Assembly: GCA_021739625.1 (NCBI GenBank)
Contig: JAIPBJ010000006.1
Coordinates: 5,334-69,333 of the forward strand
DNA: 64,000 nt
From: Flavobacteriales bacterium
Lineage (GTDB): Bacteria; Bacteroidota; Bacteroidia; UBA10329
Direction of reading: 5' to 3'
The notes under the pieces were generated by a model. The model saw only the letters and a program-made list of their open reading frames with translations. It was not told the origin of the DNA and ran no database searches. A program made the translations under genes and the position numbers. Below, in pieces: positions 50,259 through 59,540 of this stretch (position 1 is the first letter of the stretch; each line of letters opens with the position of its first letter).

Positions 50259-50762
50259 ATGATGGCCGCACTCAGTGCGATACTGTTGACCGGCAGTTGC
50301 AAAAGCAAGGAACAGACCACGGTGAGGCCCACGGAGACCACAACCTCTGCGACCACAACTGCCACCGAAGGCCCGGCCATTCTGGCCACCATAGAGCGCA
50401 CCTCGTGCTTCGGCAGTTGCCCCATCTACAAGGCCACCTTTTTCGACAATGGCGAGGTGATGTATGTGGGCAGGAATTTCGTGACCAACATCGGCACCTA
50501 CACCACCCTCATCTCGGCCGAAGAGCTGCAAGGGATAAGGACCATGGCCGAGGACGTGGGCTATTTCCTGCTGGAGGACGCCTATCCCACCCCCATATCG
50601 GATTTCCCGAAATGCATCACATCGGTGCAGATGGACGGGAAGAAGAAGAGCGTTCTGAACGGTGAGAACGCCCCGCGCGACCTGATCGGTCTTGAGCGCC
50701 ACCTCGATGGCCTGCTGAAGGAACGCGAATGGGTGAAGGTGTCGGACGTGAGCCGCTACTGA
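50259..50762 (+). CDS. Hypothetical lipoprotein
   Basis: Lipobox MMAALSAILLTGSC followed by a Thr-rich linker; conserved-looking Cys pairs (SCFGSCPIYKA). Confidence 0.5.
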   Translation: MMAALSAILLTGSCKSKEQTTVRPTETTTSATTTATEGPAILATIERTSCFGSCPIYKATFFDNGEVMYVGRNFVTNIGTYTTLISAEELQGIRTMAEDVGYFLLEDAYPTPISDFPKCITSVQMDGKKKSVLNGENAPRDLIGLERHLDGLLKEREWVKVSDVSRY

Positions 50763-52333
50763 CCCGGCAGCGGTCTGCGCGACCGTTCCTTGATCTCGTT
50801 GGCGAGCATGTCGATGGCACCGTCCTGTGCATCGAGCCGCAGATAGGAGCCCTTGCCCCTGCGGGCGATGCGCTTCATCATCCGCTCGGCATCATCATCG
50901 CCAGCATAGCCTGCCACCGAAAGGATGATGCCCTTGCCGGCATGGTCGGCAGCCATGAGAATGGCATCCTTCTCGGTGAACGATGAGGAGTTGAACATGC
51001 CATCGGTGACCAGAATGAGCTGATTGTTGCCGCCCTCGACCCATTGCGCGGTAAGTTGGGCGTAGGCCTCCTTCATGCCTTTGACCCCACTGGTGTAGCC
51101 TTCGGCCTGGAGGTCGAAAATGAGGTCGATGATGGTCTCGGGCGCGGTGACGGATGTGGGGGGCAGCACGGTGAACACCGCTGCGTTGAACGCCAGCACC
51201 GAGAGCCTATCGATGGGCCGCATCATGCCGATGAGACGCGCGGCCGCTGCCTTGAGCCTGTCGAGCTTGGCATCCTTGTTCATGGACGATGAGACATCGA
51301 GCAGCAGCACGATGTTGTTGGGGCGATAGGTGGCCTCGGCAAATTCGGGGGCGGGCGCCTGCACTGCCGTGGCCGGTGGTGTCTGCTCCCCAACGGACAC
51401 TGGGGCCACTGGGGCAGCGGGCGGTTCGTCAAACTGGTCGTTGACGTTGATGCCAAGGTCGGTCTCCGGTTCCTCCACCTTTTTGGGAGGCTGTGGCACA
51501 GGCCGCACGGGCCCGGCCCATCGGTCTTCGGCCACCGGTTCCTCCATCTGTTCGTTGACGGAGACCCCCATGTCGGCCACCGGTGCTTCGGCCGGCACCC
51601 TGTGCACGGTGACCGCCTGGGCGGGCCGCTCAGGCTGTTGGGCGGGGGGCTGCATTCCGCCCTTCTTCCGGGGTTCGACCATGATGATGACGGTTCCCTG
51701 CCTGCGTTCGAGCGCAATCTCCTCCACGGTGGGCCGATAGTCGGGATGCTCCACCTTGGCTGTGAAGCGGCCCATCTCCAGTCTGGTGCGCACAAGTCCG
51801 CGACTGTCGGTGGTGTAGGTGGCGCGGCTTTCCTCTTTCTTGAACAGCCCGACCGTTGCGCCCACCACCTGCTGGCCCGTTGAGCGGTCCACCACGGTGA
51901 TGGTGCTGGTGCCCGAGGACTGTGCGGGCTGGTCTGCGCTGAATGTGGGGCAGGCGGTGAGGGCGTTGTTGCGGAGCGAGACGATGTTGCCGCGCAGGGT
52001 GAGGCGCTGCGGCCTGTCGGAGGCGTTGGAAAAGAGCTCCACCTCTTTGGAGAAGGGGCCGTTGTCGGCCGTGTAATAGTGGATGGTGACCTCGGCCGTC
52101 TCACCGGGGCCGATGCTCCTGTTGGGAAGGACGACCTGCACATCGCGCCCGAAGTGCTGGGGCAGGAACATGAGTTTTGACGTGCCGGTGTTGGTGAGGC
52201 GGAAGACCGCAGGCGGGCTGTCCCAATCGCGCACGGTGCCGAAGTTGAAGGAGGTGCTCTGCCAGTCTATGCGCTGCCCCGATGCCATGGAGCAGGCCAA
52301 TGTGATGAACAGGGAAAGCAGTGGGCGTCTCAT
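50756..52333 (-). CDS. von Willebrand factor A domain protein with N-terminal beta-sandwich region and central proline-rich linker (probable start at ATG 52333)
   Basis: Signal peptide MRRPLLSLFITLACSMASGQ; C-terminal VWA/MIDAS motif VLLLDVSSSM...LVTDG; low-complexity P/A/E linker. Confidence 0.7.
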   Translation of the reverse strand: MRRPLLSLFITLACSMASGQRIDWQSTSFNFGTVRDWDSPPAVFRLTNTGTSKLMFLPQHFGRDVQVVLPNRSIGPGETAEVTIHYYTADNGPFSKEVELFSNASDRPQRLTLRGNIVSLRNNALTACPTFSADQPAQSSGTSTITVVDRSTGQQVVGATVGLFKKEESRATYTTDSRGLVRTRLEMGRFTAKVEHPDYRPTVEEIALERRQGTVIIMVEPRKKGGMQPPAQQPERPAQAVTVHRVPAEAPVADMGVSVNEQMEEPVAEDRWAGPVRPVPQPPKKVEEPETDLGINVNDQFDEPPAAPVAPVSVGEQTPPATAVQAPAPEFAEATYRPNNIVLLLDVSSSMNKDAKLDRLKAAAARLIGMMRPIDRLSVLAFNAAVFTVLPPTSVTAPETIIDLIFDLQAEGYTSGVKGMKEAYAQLTAQWVEGGNNQLILVTDGMFNSSSFTEKDAILMAADHAGKGIILSVAGYAGDDDAERMMKRIARRGKGSYLRLDAQDGAIDMLANEIKERSRRPLPGQ

Positions 52334-52507
52334 GTGGCTAAAGGTAGCCAACGGGATGGGGGGAGAGGAGACCTGTTTCCCAGCGGAGACACATTCTCCA
52401 GCGGAGGGCTTTATGGAAAAGTGCCGACCCATGCCCTAAGGGCCGCTCCACATTGCTGTGGAACGGTTTTTTTTTGGTACTTGCCGATTCTTACAGTGAA
52501 ACCCTGT

Positions 52508-52738
52508 GATAGGAAATATGGAACACCTGATAGGAGAACTGAAACACCAAATAGGAGAAATGGAACACATGATAGGATATATGGAACATATAATAGGATG
52601 AACAGAACATCTGATAGGAGAAATAAAATGCCTGACAGGATACATGGAACATTTGATAGGATAAATGGAACATACGATAGGAAAGACTGAACATCTGATA
52701 AAAGAAATGGAACACACGTTAGGAGTGATAGAACAGAT
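52508..52738. repeat. Tandem array R3: 11 copies of a 21-bp unit (consensus GATAGGAGAAATGGAACATCT) in the divergent promoter region
   Basis: Direct reading of 11 head-to-tail 21-mers; AT-rich; lies between the start of the VWA gene (-) and the start of the hypothetical gene at 52820 (+). Confidence 0.9.
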
Positions 52739-52819
52739 GTGTTCCATGGCTCCGATCGCATGAGAGACCTGTACGGGCAAATGAATCTCGGAACCGGATA
52801 CCGTTAGAACAATGAATTC

Positions 52820-53467
52820 TTGAAGAACATGATCGACAGACCCTACACCTGCACCGACCCTCAGGCCGTTCAGCGCTGCGAGAGCATGCTGCTGGCCTAT
52901 GACGACCACATGGCCGCCTTCACTGCTCTGGACCCGGATTTCAATGCCACGTTCCGCAACGACTGGCGCGCGGCCATCGATGCCTGTATCGCCTATCCCA
53001 CGGATGAGAGCACGCTCGACCTGCAAAAGGGCCACGGGCAGGTCATTGACCGATGCATGGAACAGTGCCGCATGGCCCTTGCCGACCTGCGCTATTATGC
53101 CAAGAAGGCATACAGCACCAAGGGCCGCTACCGTGTGTTCGGGTTCGAGCGTCACAACAGATTGCGCGGTTCAACGGCCAACTATGCGGTGTTCATGCAC
53201 ACGCAGCATCGGCTGGCGCTGCGCTTTCAGCCCGACCTCGCGGCCAAGGGCATGACCCCTGCGCAGACCGATGCCCTGCTCACCTCTGCCACCGCCCTCT
53301 GGGATGCCGAAGTGGGGCAGGAGACCTTCAAACGCGAACGCATCCTGCACACCGTGGAGCGCAGCGAGGCCTTCCGCCATCTCTGGTCCTTTGTGCAGAG
53401 GTTGCAGCACGCGGCCGATGCCGTTTTTGAGAATGATGCGGTGGGAAGGGGGCTATTTGTGGGATGA
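52820..53467 (+). CDS. Hypothetical Cys-rich protein (215 aa), no recognised family
   Basis: GC-rich ORF with normal codon usage; no signal peptide; several conserved-looking Cys (C..C......C...C). Confidence 0.5.
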   Translation: MKNMIDRPYTCTDPQAVQRCESMLLAYDDHMAAFTALDPDFNATFRNDWRAAIDACIAYPTDESTLDLQKGHGQVIDRCMEQCRMALADLRYYAKKAYSTKGRYRVFGFERHNRLRGSTANYAVFMHTQHRLALRFQPDLAAKGMTPAQTDALLTSATALWDAEVGQETFKRERILHTVERSEAFRHLWSFVQRLQHAADAVFENDAVGRGLFVG

Positions 53468-53589
53468 TCGGGGCCGAGGAACGCGACAGGTATTGGAAGG
53501 TGATCGAGGGGAAGGTGGGGTGAGGGAGGCGTTGCCGCCCCGTCCACGTCCCTTCATAAAGGCTAATTTTGGCCGCAAGCAATAGCATC

Positions 53590-54825
53590 ATGGTCAACCG
53601 CATAGGCATAGGCAATTTCAAGTCGATCGACAAGCTGGAGTTCGAGCTTGGCCGCTTCAACGTGTTCATCGGTGAGAACGGCTGCGGAAAGAGCAACATC
53701 CTTGAGGCAATTGGGATGGGTGCTGCAGCGTCTGCCAATAAACTGGAGAATGAATTTCTGAGCAGTAGGGGCATTCGGGTTACCGATTCTCTTTACATGC
53801 GATCTGCTTTTTCTTCCAAAAACTCTGGGAAGGACATCAGCATTTCAATTCAGATTCGAGATATTGATGTGGAATGGTCGATTTCGAACGATAATCAACC
53901 GTACTCTTCATGGCAACAGGAAGCAGTTGTGAAAGATGGTGTCGATTCGTCCCCTGAAACTGAAGAACCATCCGAAGTTGACAGCCTATTGAAATCATGG
54001 AAGGCACTTGAGACGGACACCTACAATCTTTTAGTTGAAGAAAAAAAAACGGAAGATCCAACTCGTAAGAGAGAAATTGGAAAAGTTCTAAAGCGTGTGG
54101 AGGAATTCTTGCCTCGACTTCAGGAGACGTTTCAGCAAATAATTGCCAAGACGTTACACATACCCTTAGGGCAATTCCAGATTTACTCCCCTGAAAACTC
54201 GTCATTGAGGGCGTTTGAAAGAGAAGGCCAAATAGAGCCGTTGGGTCTCAAAGGCGAAGGGCTCTTCAAACTGCTTAAGACCTTTGCACACACAAATCCT
54301 GAAGCTATCCAACGGATCGCTGAGGAATTGCAGGTCTTCGATTGGTTTGAAAGCTTTCAGTTGCCAGACAAGACAATGTCGGACGAGCGGTACATCAAAG
54401 TGAAGGACCGCTTCCTTGATGATGCGCTGGATCAGTTCGACCAAAGGAGCACCAACGAGGGTTTCCTTTTCGTGCTCTTCTACCTCGCACTGTTTATCAG
54501 CAAGGACACGCCCAAGTTCTTCGCCATCGACAACATAGAGGCTTCGCTAAACCCTAAGCTGTGCAAGGAACTGATCGCCAAGCTCAACCGCCTTTCGGCA
54601 GAGAACAGCAAGCAGGTGATCATGACCACCCACAGCCCGGCCGTGCTCGATGGTCTCGACCTGACGGATGACGAACAGCGGCTGTTCGTGGTGTATCGCA
54701 ACAGTGAGGGGCGCACACGTGTAAGGCGGGTAGAGCCGCCCAAAGTGATGGCAGGCGAGGAGGAAGTGCCGCTGTCAGAGGCGTTCGTGCGCGGTTATCT
54801 CGGAGGCCTCCCTAAGAATTTCTGA
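53590..54825 (+). CDS. AAA_21-type ABC ATPase (OLD/PARIS AriA / AbiLi-like defence ATPase)
   Basis: Walker A GENGCGKSN, ABC-signature-like STNEGF, the AAA_21-diagnostic IDNIEASLNP block (variant of lIDEPEnsLHP) and TTHSP H-loop. A long inserted coiled-coil region lies between the N- and C-terminal halves. TAATTTTG promoter element at 53564-53571. GC is visibly lower than in the flanking genes. Confidence 0.75.
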   Translation: MVNRIGIGNFKSIDKLEFELGRFNVFIGENGCGKSNILEAIGMGAAASANKLENEFLSSRGIRVTDSLYMRSAFSSKNSGKDISISIQIRDIDVEWSISNDNQPYSSWQQEAVVKDGVDSSPETEEPSEVDSLLKSWKALETDTYNLLVEEKKTEDPTRKREIGKVLKRVEEFLPRLQETFQQIIAKTLHIPLGQFQIYSPENSSLRAFEREGQIEPLGLKGEGLFKLLKTFAHTNPEAIQRIAEELQVFDWFESFQLPDKTMSDERYIKVKDRFLDDALDQFDQRSTNEGFLFVLFYLALFISKDTPKFFAIDNIEASLNPKLCKELIAKLNRLSAENSKQVIMTTHSPAVLDGLDLTDDEQRLFVVYRNSEGRTRVRRVEPPKVMAGEEEVPLSEAFVRGYLGGLPKNF

Positions 54826-54828
54826 GCG

Positions 54829-55497
54829 GTGGCAAGGGTGTTCGGCATCATAGCAGAAGGACCGAGTGACATTGCTGTCATCCGGAACATCCTGACAGGC
54901 TATTTCTCAGACCCCGACCTTGAGTTGACCGAGATTCAGCCTGTGAAAAAACAGCCCAGTGGAGAGTATGAGGCGGGCGGCTGGAATCAGGTGCTGGCCT
55001 GCTGCGCCTCTGACCGCCTGCGCGGTGCCTTCCAGTACAATGAAGCAGTGATCATTCAGATAGACACCGATGTCTGTGAAGAGAAGGGCTACGATGTGTC
55101 CAAGCGGGGCGAGAAGGACAAGGTTGTGATGCCTGAGGAACTTATTCTCCGTGTGGAGGAGAAACTGTCCGCCCTCATCGGTACGGAGGTGATGGAGAAG
55201 TTCACTGACCGTATTTTGTTTGCGGTGTGCGTAGATGAACTGGAATGCTGGCTGCTACCGTTGTATTATACCGATAGGAAGAAATCCAAGACTACTGGAT
55301 GCCTGTCCACGCTCAATCAGGCTCTCGGGAAAAAGGAGGATTTCACCATTGATGTGAACAAGAAGAACCACCGATACTACGAGGTCATCTCTGAGCCATA
55401 CCGCAAGAAGCGAAAGGTATTGATGGCTGCCGCTGAGCAGAATGCGAGTTTCAAGGTTTTCATGGACAGGTTGAGCGCGAGGTTCGAAATGCCTTGA
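54829..55497 (+). CDS. TOPRIM-like (OLD-family / DUF4276-DUF4435-like) putative nuclease partner of the ATPase
   Basis: GTG start 4 nt after the ATPase stop (translational coupling). N-terminal IAEGPSD (conserved Glu) and IQIDTDVCEE (DxD) match the TOPRIM catalytic motifs of OLD-family nucleases. 222 aa. Confidence 0.5.
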   Translation: MARVFGIIAEGPSDIAVIRNILTGYFSDPDLELTEIQPVKKQPSGEYEAGGWNQVLACCASDRLRGAFQYNEAVIIQIDTDVCEEKGYDVSKRGEKDKVVMPEELILRVEEKLSALIGTEVMEKFTDRILFAVCVDELECWLLPLYYTDRKKSKTTGCLSTLNQALGKKEDFTIDVNKKNHRYYEVISEPYRKKRKVLMAAAEQNASFKVFMDRLSARFEMP

Positions 55498-55568
55498 CGG
55501 CTTGGAACATTTCTCCCCAGTATCTCCCCATCTTTACACAACCTTAAACAATTCTAACCCAAAGACAG

Positions 55569-56033
55569 ATGAGAACAAGATTCCTTACCATGATAATGAT
55601 TGCCACTGCGCTGGGCTTTGCAGGTTGCGCAGAAGACAATGACGATGACACGGACAATGGCGTTCCGGCCAACACGCTGATCGTGAGTGGCACAAGCATT
55701 TCCATGTCCTCGGTCGTGTGCTCAGAGACCGGCAGCGGAAATGACCTTACCCTCACGGTCTCGGACATCGCTATGGAAAATCTCCTGTATATCCGTTTCC
55801 ATATTGAGCGGCCTGCTGTCACTACCACCATCCCACTGTCGCCCAGTGGTTCAAGTTCAGAGGCGTGGGGCGACTATACGGTGAATGGCAGCATCGAATA
55901 TGAGATAAAGAGCGGGACAGCCACGCTTACCCCACAGTCCAATGGTTCGCTGACCATCACATTCAACAACGTTGTTGCCGAAACGAACAATGATGTTCAG
56001 GCCACGTTGAGTTTCAACGGTACCTGCCTGTAG
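55569..56033 (+). CDS. Hypothetical lipoprotein (154 aa)
   Basis: Lipobox LGFAGC followed by a D-rich linker and a beta-rich domain; no family recognised. Confidence 0.45.
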   Translation: MRTRFLTMIMIATALGFAGCAEDNDDDTDNGVPANTLIVSGTSISMSSVVCSETGSGNDLTLTVSDIAMENLLYIRFHIERPAVTTTIPLSPSGSSSEAWGDYTVNGSIEYEIKSGTATLTPQSNGSLTITFNNVVAETNNDVQATLSFNGTCL

Positions 56034-56065
56034 GACAGTACTGCCCTTTTCTGCATTGAATGATG

Positions 56066-56100
56066 AACGCCTGAGGCCAACGCTTCAGGCGTTTGTTTTT
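56066..56100 (+). terminator. Rho-independent terminator (AACGCCTGAGG...CTTCAGGCGTT + TGTTTTT)
   Basis: Hairpin plus T-run 33 nt after the lipoprotein stop. Confidence 0.55.
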
Positions 56101-56181
56101 GGTGGACAGAGGCTTCATGGCTGTTCACCGTTCACCCCCTGATTCCTGAACCGTTCCCGCCCAGCCCCTACTTTTGCCGCC

Positions 56182-57585
56182 ATGGCAAGAGACAAAGTGG
56201 TGCGCGATGTGGTGATAGAGGAGATGGCGGCCGAGGGCAAGGCGCTGGCCCGCATAGGCGAGGTGGTGACGTTCGTAGAGGGCGTGGTGCCGGGCGATGT
56301 GGTGGATGTGCTGATCACGAAGAAACGCAAGAACTACTGGGAGGGGCGGCCCTACCGCTTCGTGTCGTATTCGGAGAAGCGGGCGGATGCGCGGTGCTGC
56401 TATTTCGGGGTGTGCGGGGGCTGCAAATGGCAGCATCTGGACTATGCGGATCAGCTGGCCTTCAAGGAGAAGCAGGTGAAGGATGCCTTGCAGCGCATAG
56501 GCAAGGTGAGTGTGGGCGAATGGCTGCCCATCATGGGTTCGCAGGAGGTGTTCCACTACCGCAACCGCCTGGATTTCAGCTTTGCCGACAAGCGCTGGCT
56601 CACAAGGGAGGAGGTGGAGAGCGGCACTGATATCGCGGAAAGGCCCGCGCTGGGGTTCCATGTGCCGGGCCGCTGGGACAAGGTGCTGGATGTGGAGGAA
56701 TGCCACCTGCAGCCCGAGCCGAGCAACGCGATCCGCAACCGGGTGCGCGAGCTGGCGATGGGGCACAACATCCCCTTCTTCGACCCGGTGAGCCAGAAGG
56801 GCCACCTGCGCAACCTGACGCTGCGCAACACCACGACAGGGCAGTGGATGCTGCTGCTGTCCGTGGGGAGCGACAGCCCGAAATGGCGCGATGCGGTGCT
56901 TGGACCGATCGTAAGGGAGTTCCCGCAGCTCACGAGTGTGATGTATGTGGTGAACACGAAGGCGAACGACACGATATATGACCTCGACATCAAGGTGTAT
57001 GCGGGCCAGGACCACATTATGGAGGAGATGGAGGGGCTGCGGTTCAAGATCGGGCCGAAATCGTTCTTCCAGACCAACGGCAAGCAGGCCGAGGAGCTGT
57101 ATAAGGTGGCCCGCGATCTTGCTGGACTTACGGGCAATGAAACGGTCTATGACCTCTATACCGGCACGGGCACCATTGCGCTCTACGTGTCGAAGAAGGC
57201 GAAGAAGGTCGTGGGCATCGAGCAGGTGGAGGCCGCGATCGAGGATGCGAAATTGAACGCATCGCTCAACGGCATAGGCCATGCCTCCTTCCACGCGGGC
57301 GACATGAAGGACATCTTCACTCCTGAGTTCATTGCGAGGGAAGGCCGCCCCGATGTGATCATCACCGACCCGCCCCGCGCAGGGATGCATGGCGATGTGG
57401 TGCATCGGCTGCTGGAACTGGCCGTGCCGCGCATCGTCTATGTGAGCTGCAACCCGGCCACGCAGGCCCGCGACCTGCAACTGCTGTCAGCGCAATATGA
57501 TGTGGTGAAGGTGCGTCCCGTGGACATGTTCCCCCACACGCACCACGTGGAGAATGTGGCGCTGCTGGAGCTGAGAGCGCTTTGA
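56182..57585 (+). CDS. rlmD: 23S rRNA (uracil1939-C5)-methyltransferase RlmD (RumA)
   Basis: TRAM domain N-terminus, Fe-S cluster Cys (C...CGGCKWQH), SAM-MTase motifs (DLYTGTGTIAL; DPPRAGM) and catalytic Cys near the C-terminus. Confidence 0.85.
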   Translation: MARDKVVRDVVIEEMAAEGKALARIGEVVTFVEGVVPGDVVDVLITKKRKNYWEGRPYRFVSYSEKRADARCCYFGVCGGCKWQHLDYADQLAFKEKQVKDALQRIGKVSVGEWLPIMGSQEVFHYRNRLDFSFADKRWLTREEVESGTDIAERPALGFHVPGRWDKVLDVEECHLQPEPSNAIRNRVRELAMGHNIPFFDPVSQKGHLRNLTLRNTTTGQWMLLLSVGSDSPKWRDAVLGPIVREFPQLTSVMYVVNTKANDTIYDLDIKVYAGQDHIMEEMEGLRFKIGPKSFFQTNGKQAEELYKVARDLAGLTGNETVYDLYTGTGTIALYVSKKAKKVVGIEQVEAAIEDAKLNASLNGIGHASFHAGDMKDIFTPEFIAREGRPDVIITDPPRAGMHGDVVHRLLELAVPRIVYVSCNPATQARDLQLLSAQYDVVKVRPVDMFPHTHHVENVALLELRAL

Positions 57586-57696
57586 TTCCGGAATATTGAA
57601 TATCGATTGAAGATTGCAGATCGATATTCTGAAATCATCATACCATTGCTATCCTTTACGATGGTATTGAACTCATAGCGCGGGTATATTTGCCCC

Positions 57697-59538
57697 ATGA
57701 GCAACTTCATGCGGGTAGTGAAGATGATTTCGGCCTACAAGGGCCTGACCGCCCTGGTCATCCTCTTCGACATCCTCTCGGTCATCTTCTCGCTCTTCTC
57801 CTTGACGATGGTGGTGCCGCTGTTGGGCGTGCTGTTCGGCATTCAGCCGCTGGTGATGGACAGGCCCGAGTTCACGCTCAATCCCAACGGCCTCATCGAC
57901 CGGTTCTATTACGAGATAAGCCGCGTGATTCTCGATGGTGCAGGTCAGGTGACGCTCGATGGGCAGATGCGGGCCCTCGTGCTCATCTGCGGCTTTGTGG
58001 TGGTCACCTTCCTGCTCAAGAACCTGTTCCGCTATCTGGCCCTGTACTTCAGCGCACCGCTCAAGAATGCCGTGGTGCGCGACATACGCAACAACATCTT
58101 CCGCAAAGTGCTCAGTCTGCCATTGGCCTATTTCTCTGAGGAGAAGAAAGGCGAGATCATCGCCAAGATGACCAGCGATGTGCAGGAGGTGGAAAGCTCG
58201 GTGATGAGCTCGGTGGAGGTGGTGTTCAAAGAGCCGTTCACCATCATTTTCTTCCTCGGCACGTTGGTGGTGTGGAGTCCTGAACTGACGGGCTTTGTGC
58301 TGATCCTGCTGCCGCTCACAGGCATCATCATCGGCCGTGTGGGCAAGAGCCTCAAAAAGTCGAGCAAGAAGGTGCAGGACCAGATGGGCGTGCTGCTTTC
58401 GAGCATGATAGAGGCGCTGTCGGGCCTGCGTATCATCAAGGCATTCAACGCCACCGAGACCTCCTACAACAACTTCCAGCAACAGAATCAGGAATTCATG
58501 CGCATGAAGGTGAGCATGATCCGCAAGCAGCACTTGGCATCACCGCTCAGCGAGGTGCTCGGCACTTTGGTGATGGTGGCGGTAATCTACTACGGTGGCT
58601 CGCTCGTGCTGGGCGGTGGCGGGCTCAAGGCCGACCTCTTCATCGGCTACATCGTGGTGTTCTCTCAGCTCATTCAGCCAGCGAAGGCGCTCACCGGAGC
58701 AATCTACAACATTCAGAAGGGCATGGCCGCTGCCGAACGCATAGACACCGTGCTCGAAGCCAAAGAGACCATTGCCGACAGGCAGAATGCGCAGCATCTG
58801 GAAGGATTCGATCAGGGCATTGAATTCAAGGACGTGTCGTTCCATTACGAGGACGGCTATCAGGTGCTCAAGAACATCAACCTCACCATCAAGAAGGGGC
58901 GCACCATCGCCATAGTTGGACCATCGGGTGCGGGCAAGACCACCCTGGTGGACCTCATTCCGCGCTTCTATGATGTGACGGCCGGTGCAGTGCTCATTGA
59001 TGGCATCGACACCCGCGATTGCCGCATCCATGACCTGAGGGCGCAATTGGGCATCGTCACACAGGAGGCCATCCTCTTCAACGACACCATCTTCAACAAC
59101 ATAGCTTTCGGACTGAAGAACATCTCAGAATCTGAGGTCATCACGGCAGCAAGAGTGGCCAACGCCCACGATTTCATCATGCAGATCGAGGGCGGCTATC
59201 ATGCCAGCATCGGGGAGGGCGGCAACAAGCTCTCTGGCGGACAGCGGCAGCGCATCAGCATTGCGCGGGCCATTCTTCACAACCCGCCTATCCTTATCTT
59301 GGACGAAGCAACATCGGCCCTCGATGCCGAAAGCGAGAAACTGGTGCAGGAGGCACTCTTCAACCTGATGAAGAACCGCACATCGCTGGTCATTGCCCAC
59401 CGCCTCAGCACCATCCAGTTCGCAGACGAGATCATCGTATTGCAGGATGGCGAGATCATTGAACGCGGCAATCATCTGGGCCTCATCGCCCACAAAGGGG
59501 TGTACAGGAAACTGTATGAGATGCAGGCGTTTGTTTAG
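57697..59538 (+). CDS. ABC transporter permease/ATPase fusion (MsbA-like lipid exporter)
   Basis: Six-TM N-terminal domain followed by an NBD with Walker A GPSGAGKTT, signature LSGGQRQR, Walker B ILILDEATSALD. Confidence 0.85.
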   Translation: MSNFMRVVKMISAYKGLTALVILFDILSVIFSLFSLTMVVPLLGVLFGIQPLVMDRPEFTLNPNGLIDRFYYEISRVILDGAGQVTLDGQMRALVLICGFVVVTFLLKNLFRYLALYFSAPLKNAVVRDIRNNIFRKVLSLPLAYFSEEKKGEIIAKMTSDVQEVESSVMSSVEVVFKEPFTIIFFLGTLVVWSPELTGFVLILLPLTGIIIGRVGKSLKKSSKKVQDQMGVLLSSMIEALSGLRIIKAFNATETSYNNFQQQNQEFMRMKVSMIRKQHLASPLSEVLGTLVMVAVIYYGGSLVLGGGGLKADLFIGYIVVFSQLIQPAKALTGAIYNIQKGMAAAERIDTVLEAKETIADRQNAQHLEGFDQGIEFKDVSFHYEDGYQVLKNINLTIKKGRTIAIVGPSGAGKTTLVDLIPRFYDVTAGAVLIDGIDTRDCRIHDLRAQLGIVTQEAILFNDTIFNNIAFGLKNISESEVITAARVANAHDFIMQIEGGYHASIGEGGNKLSGGQRQRISIARAILHNPPILILDEATSALDAESEKLVQEALFNLMKNRTSLVIAHRLSTIQFADEIIVLQDGEIIERGNHLGLIAHKGVYRKLYEMQAFV

Positions 59539-59540
59539 TT

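Noticed and set aside
52334-52761. ORFs 52334..52690 (+), 52411..52761 (-) and 52491..52715 (-) with repetitive peptide sequences
   Set aside because: All are translations of the R3 tandem array on different frames or strands; low-complexity repeat peptides, no independent support.
53569-53589. ORF-track start of the ATPase at 53569
   Set aside because: Codon is TTG and overlaps the TAATTTTG promoter-like element; first ATG at 53590 gives the canonical AAA_21 N-terminus (MVNRIGIGNFKSI).
56125-57480. 451-aa minus-strand ORF
   Set aside because: Antisense to rlmD, which carries clear TRAM and methyltransferase motifs.
57673-58533. 286-aa minus-strand ORF
   Set aside because: Antisense to the MsbA-like ABC transporter gene.
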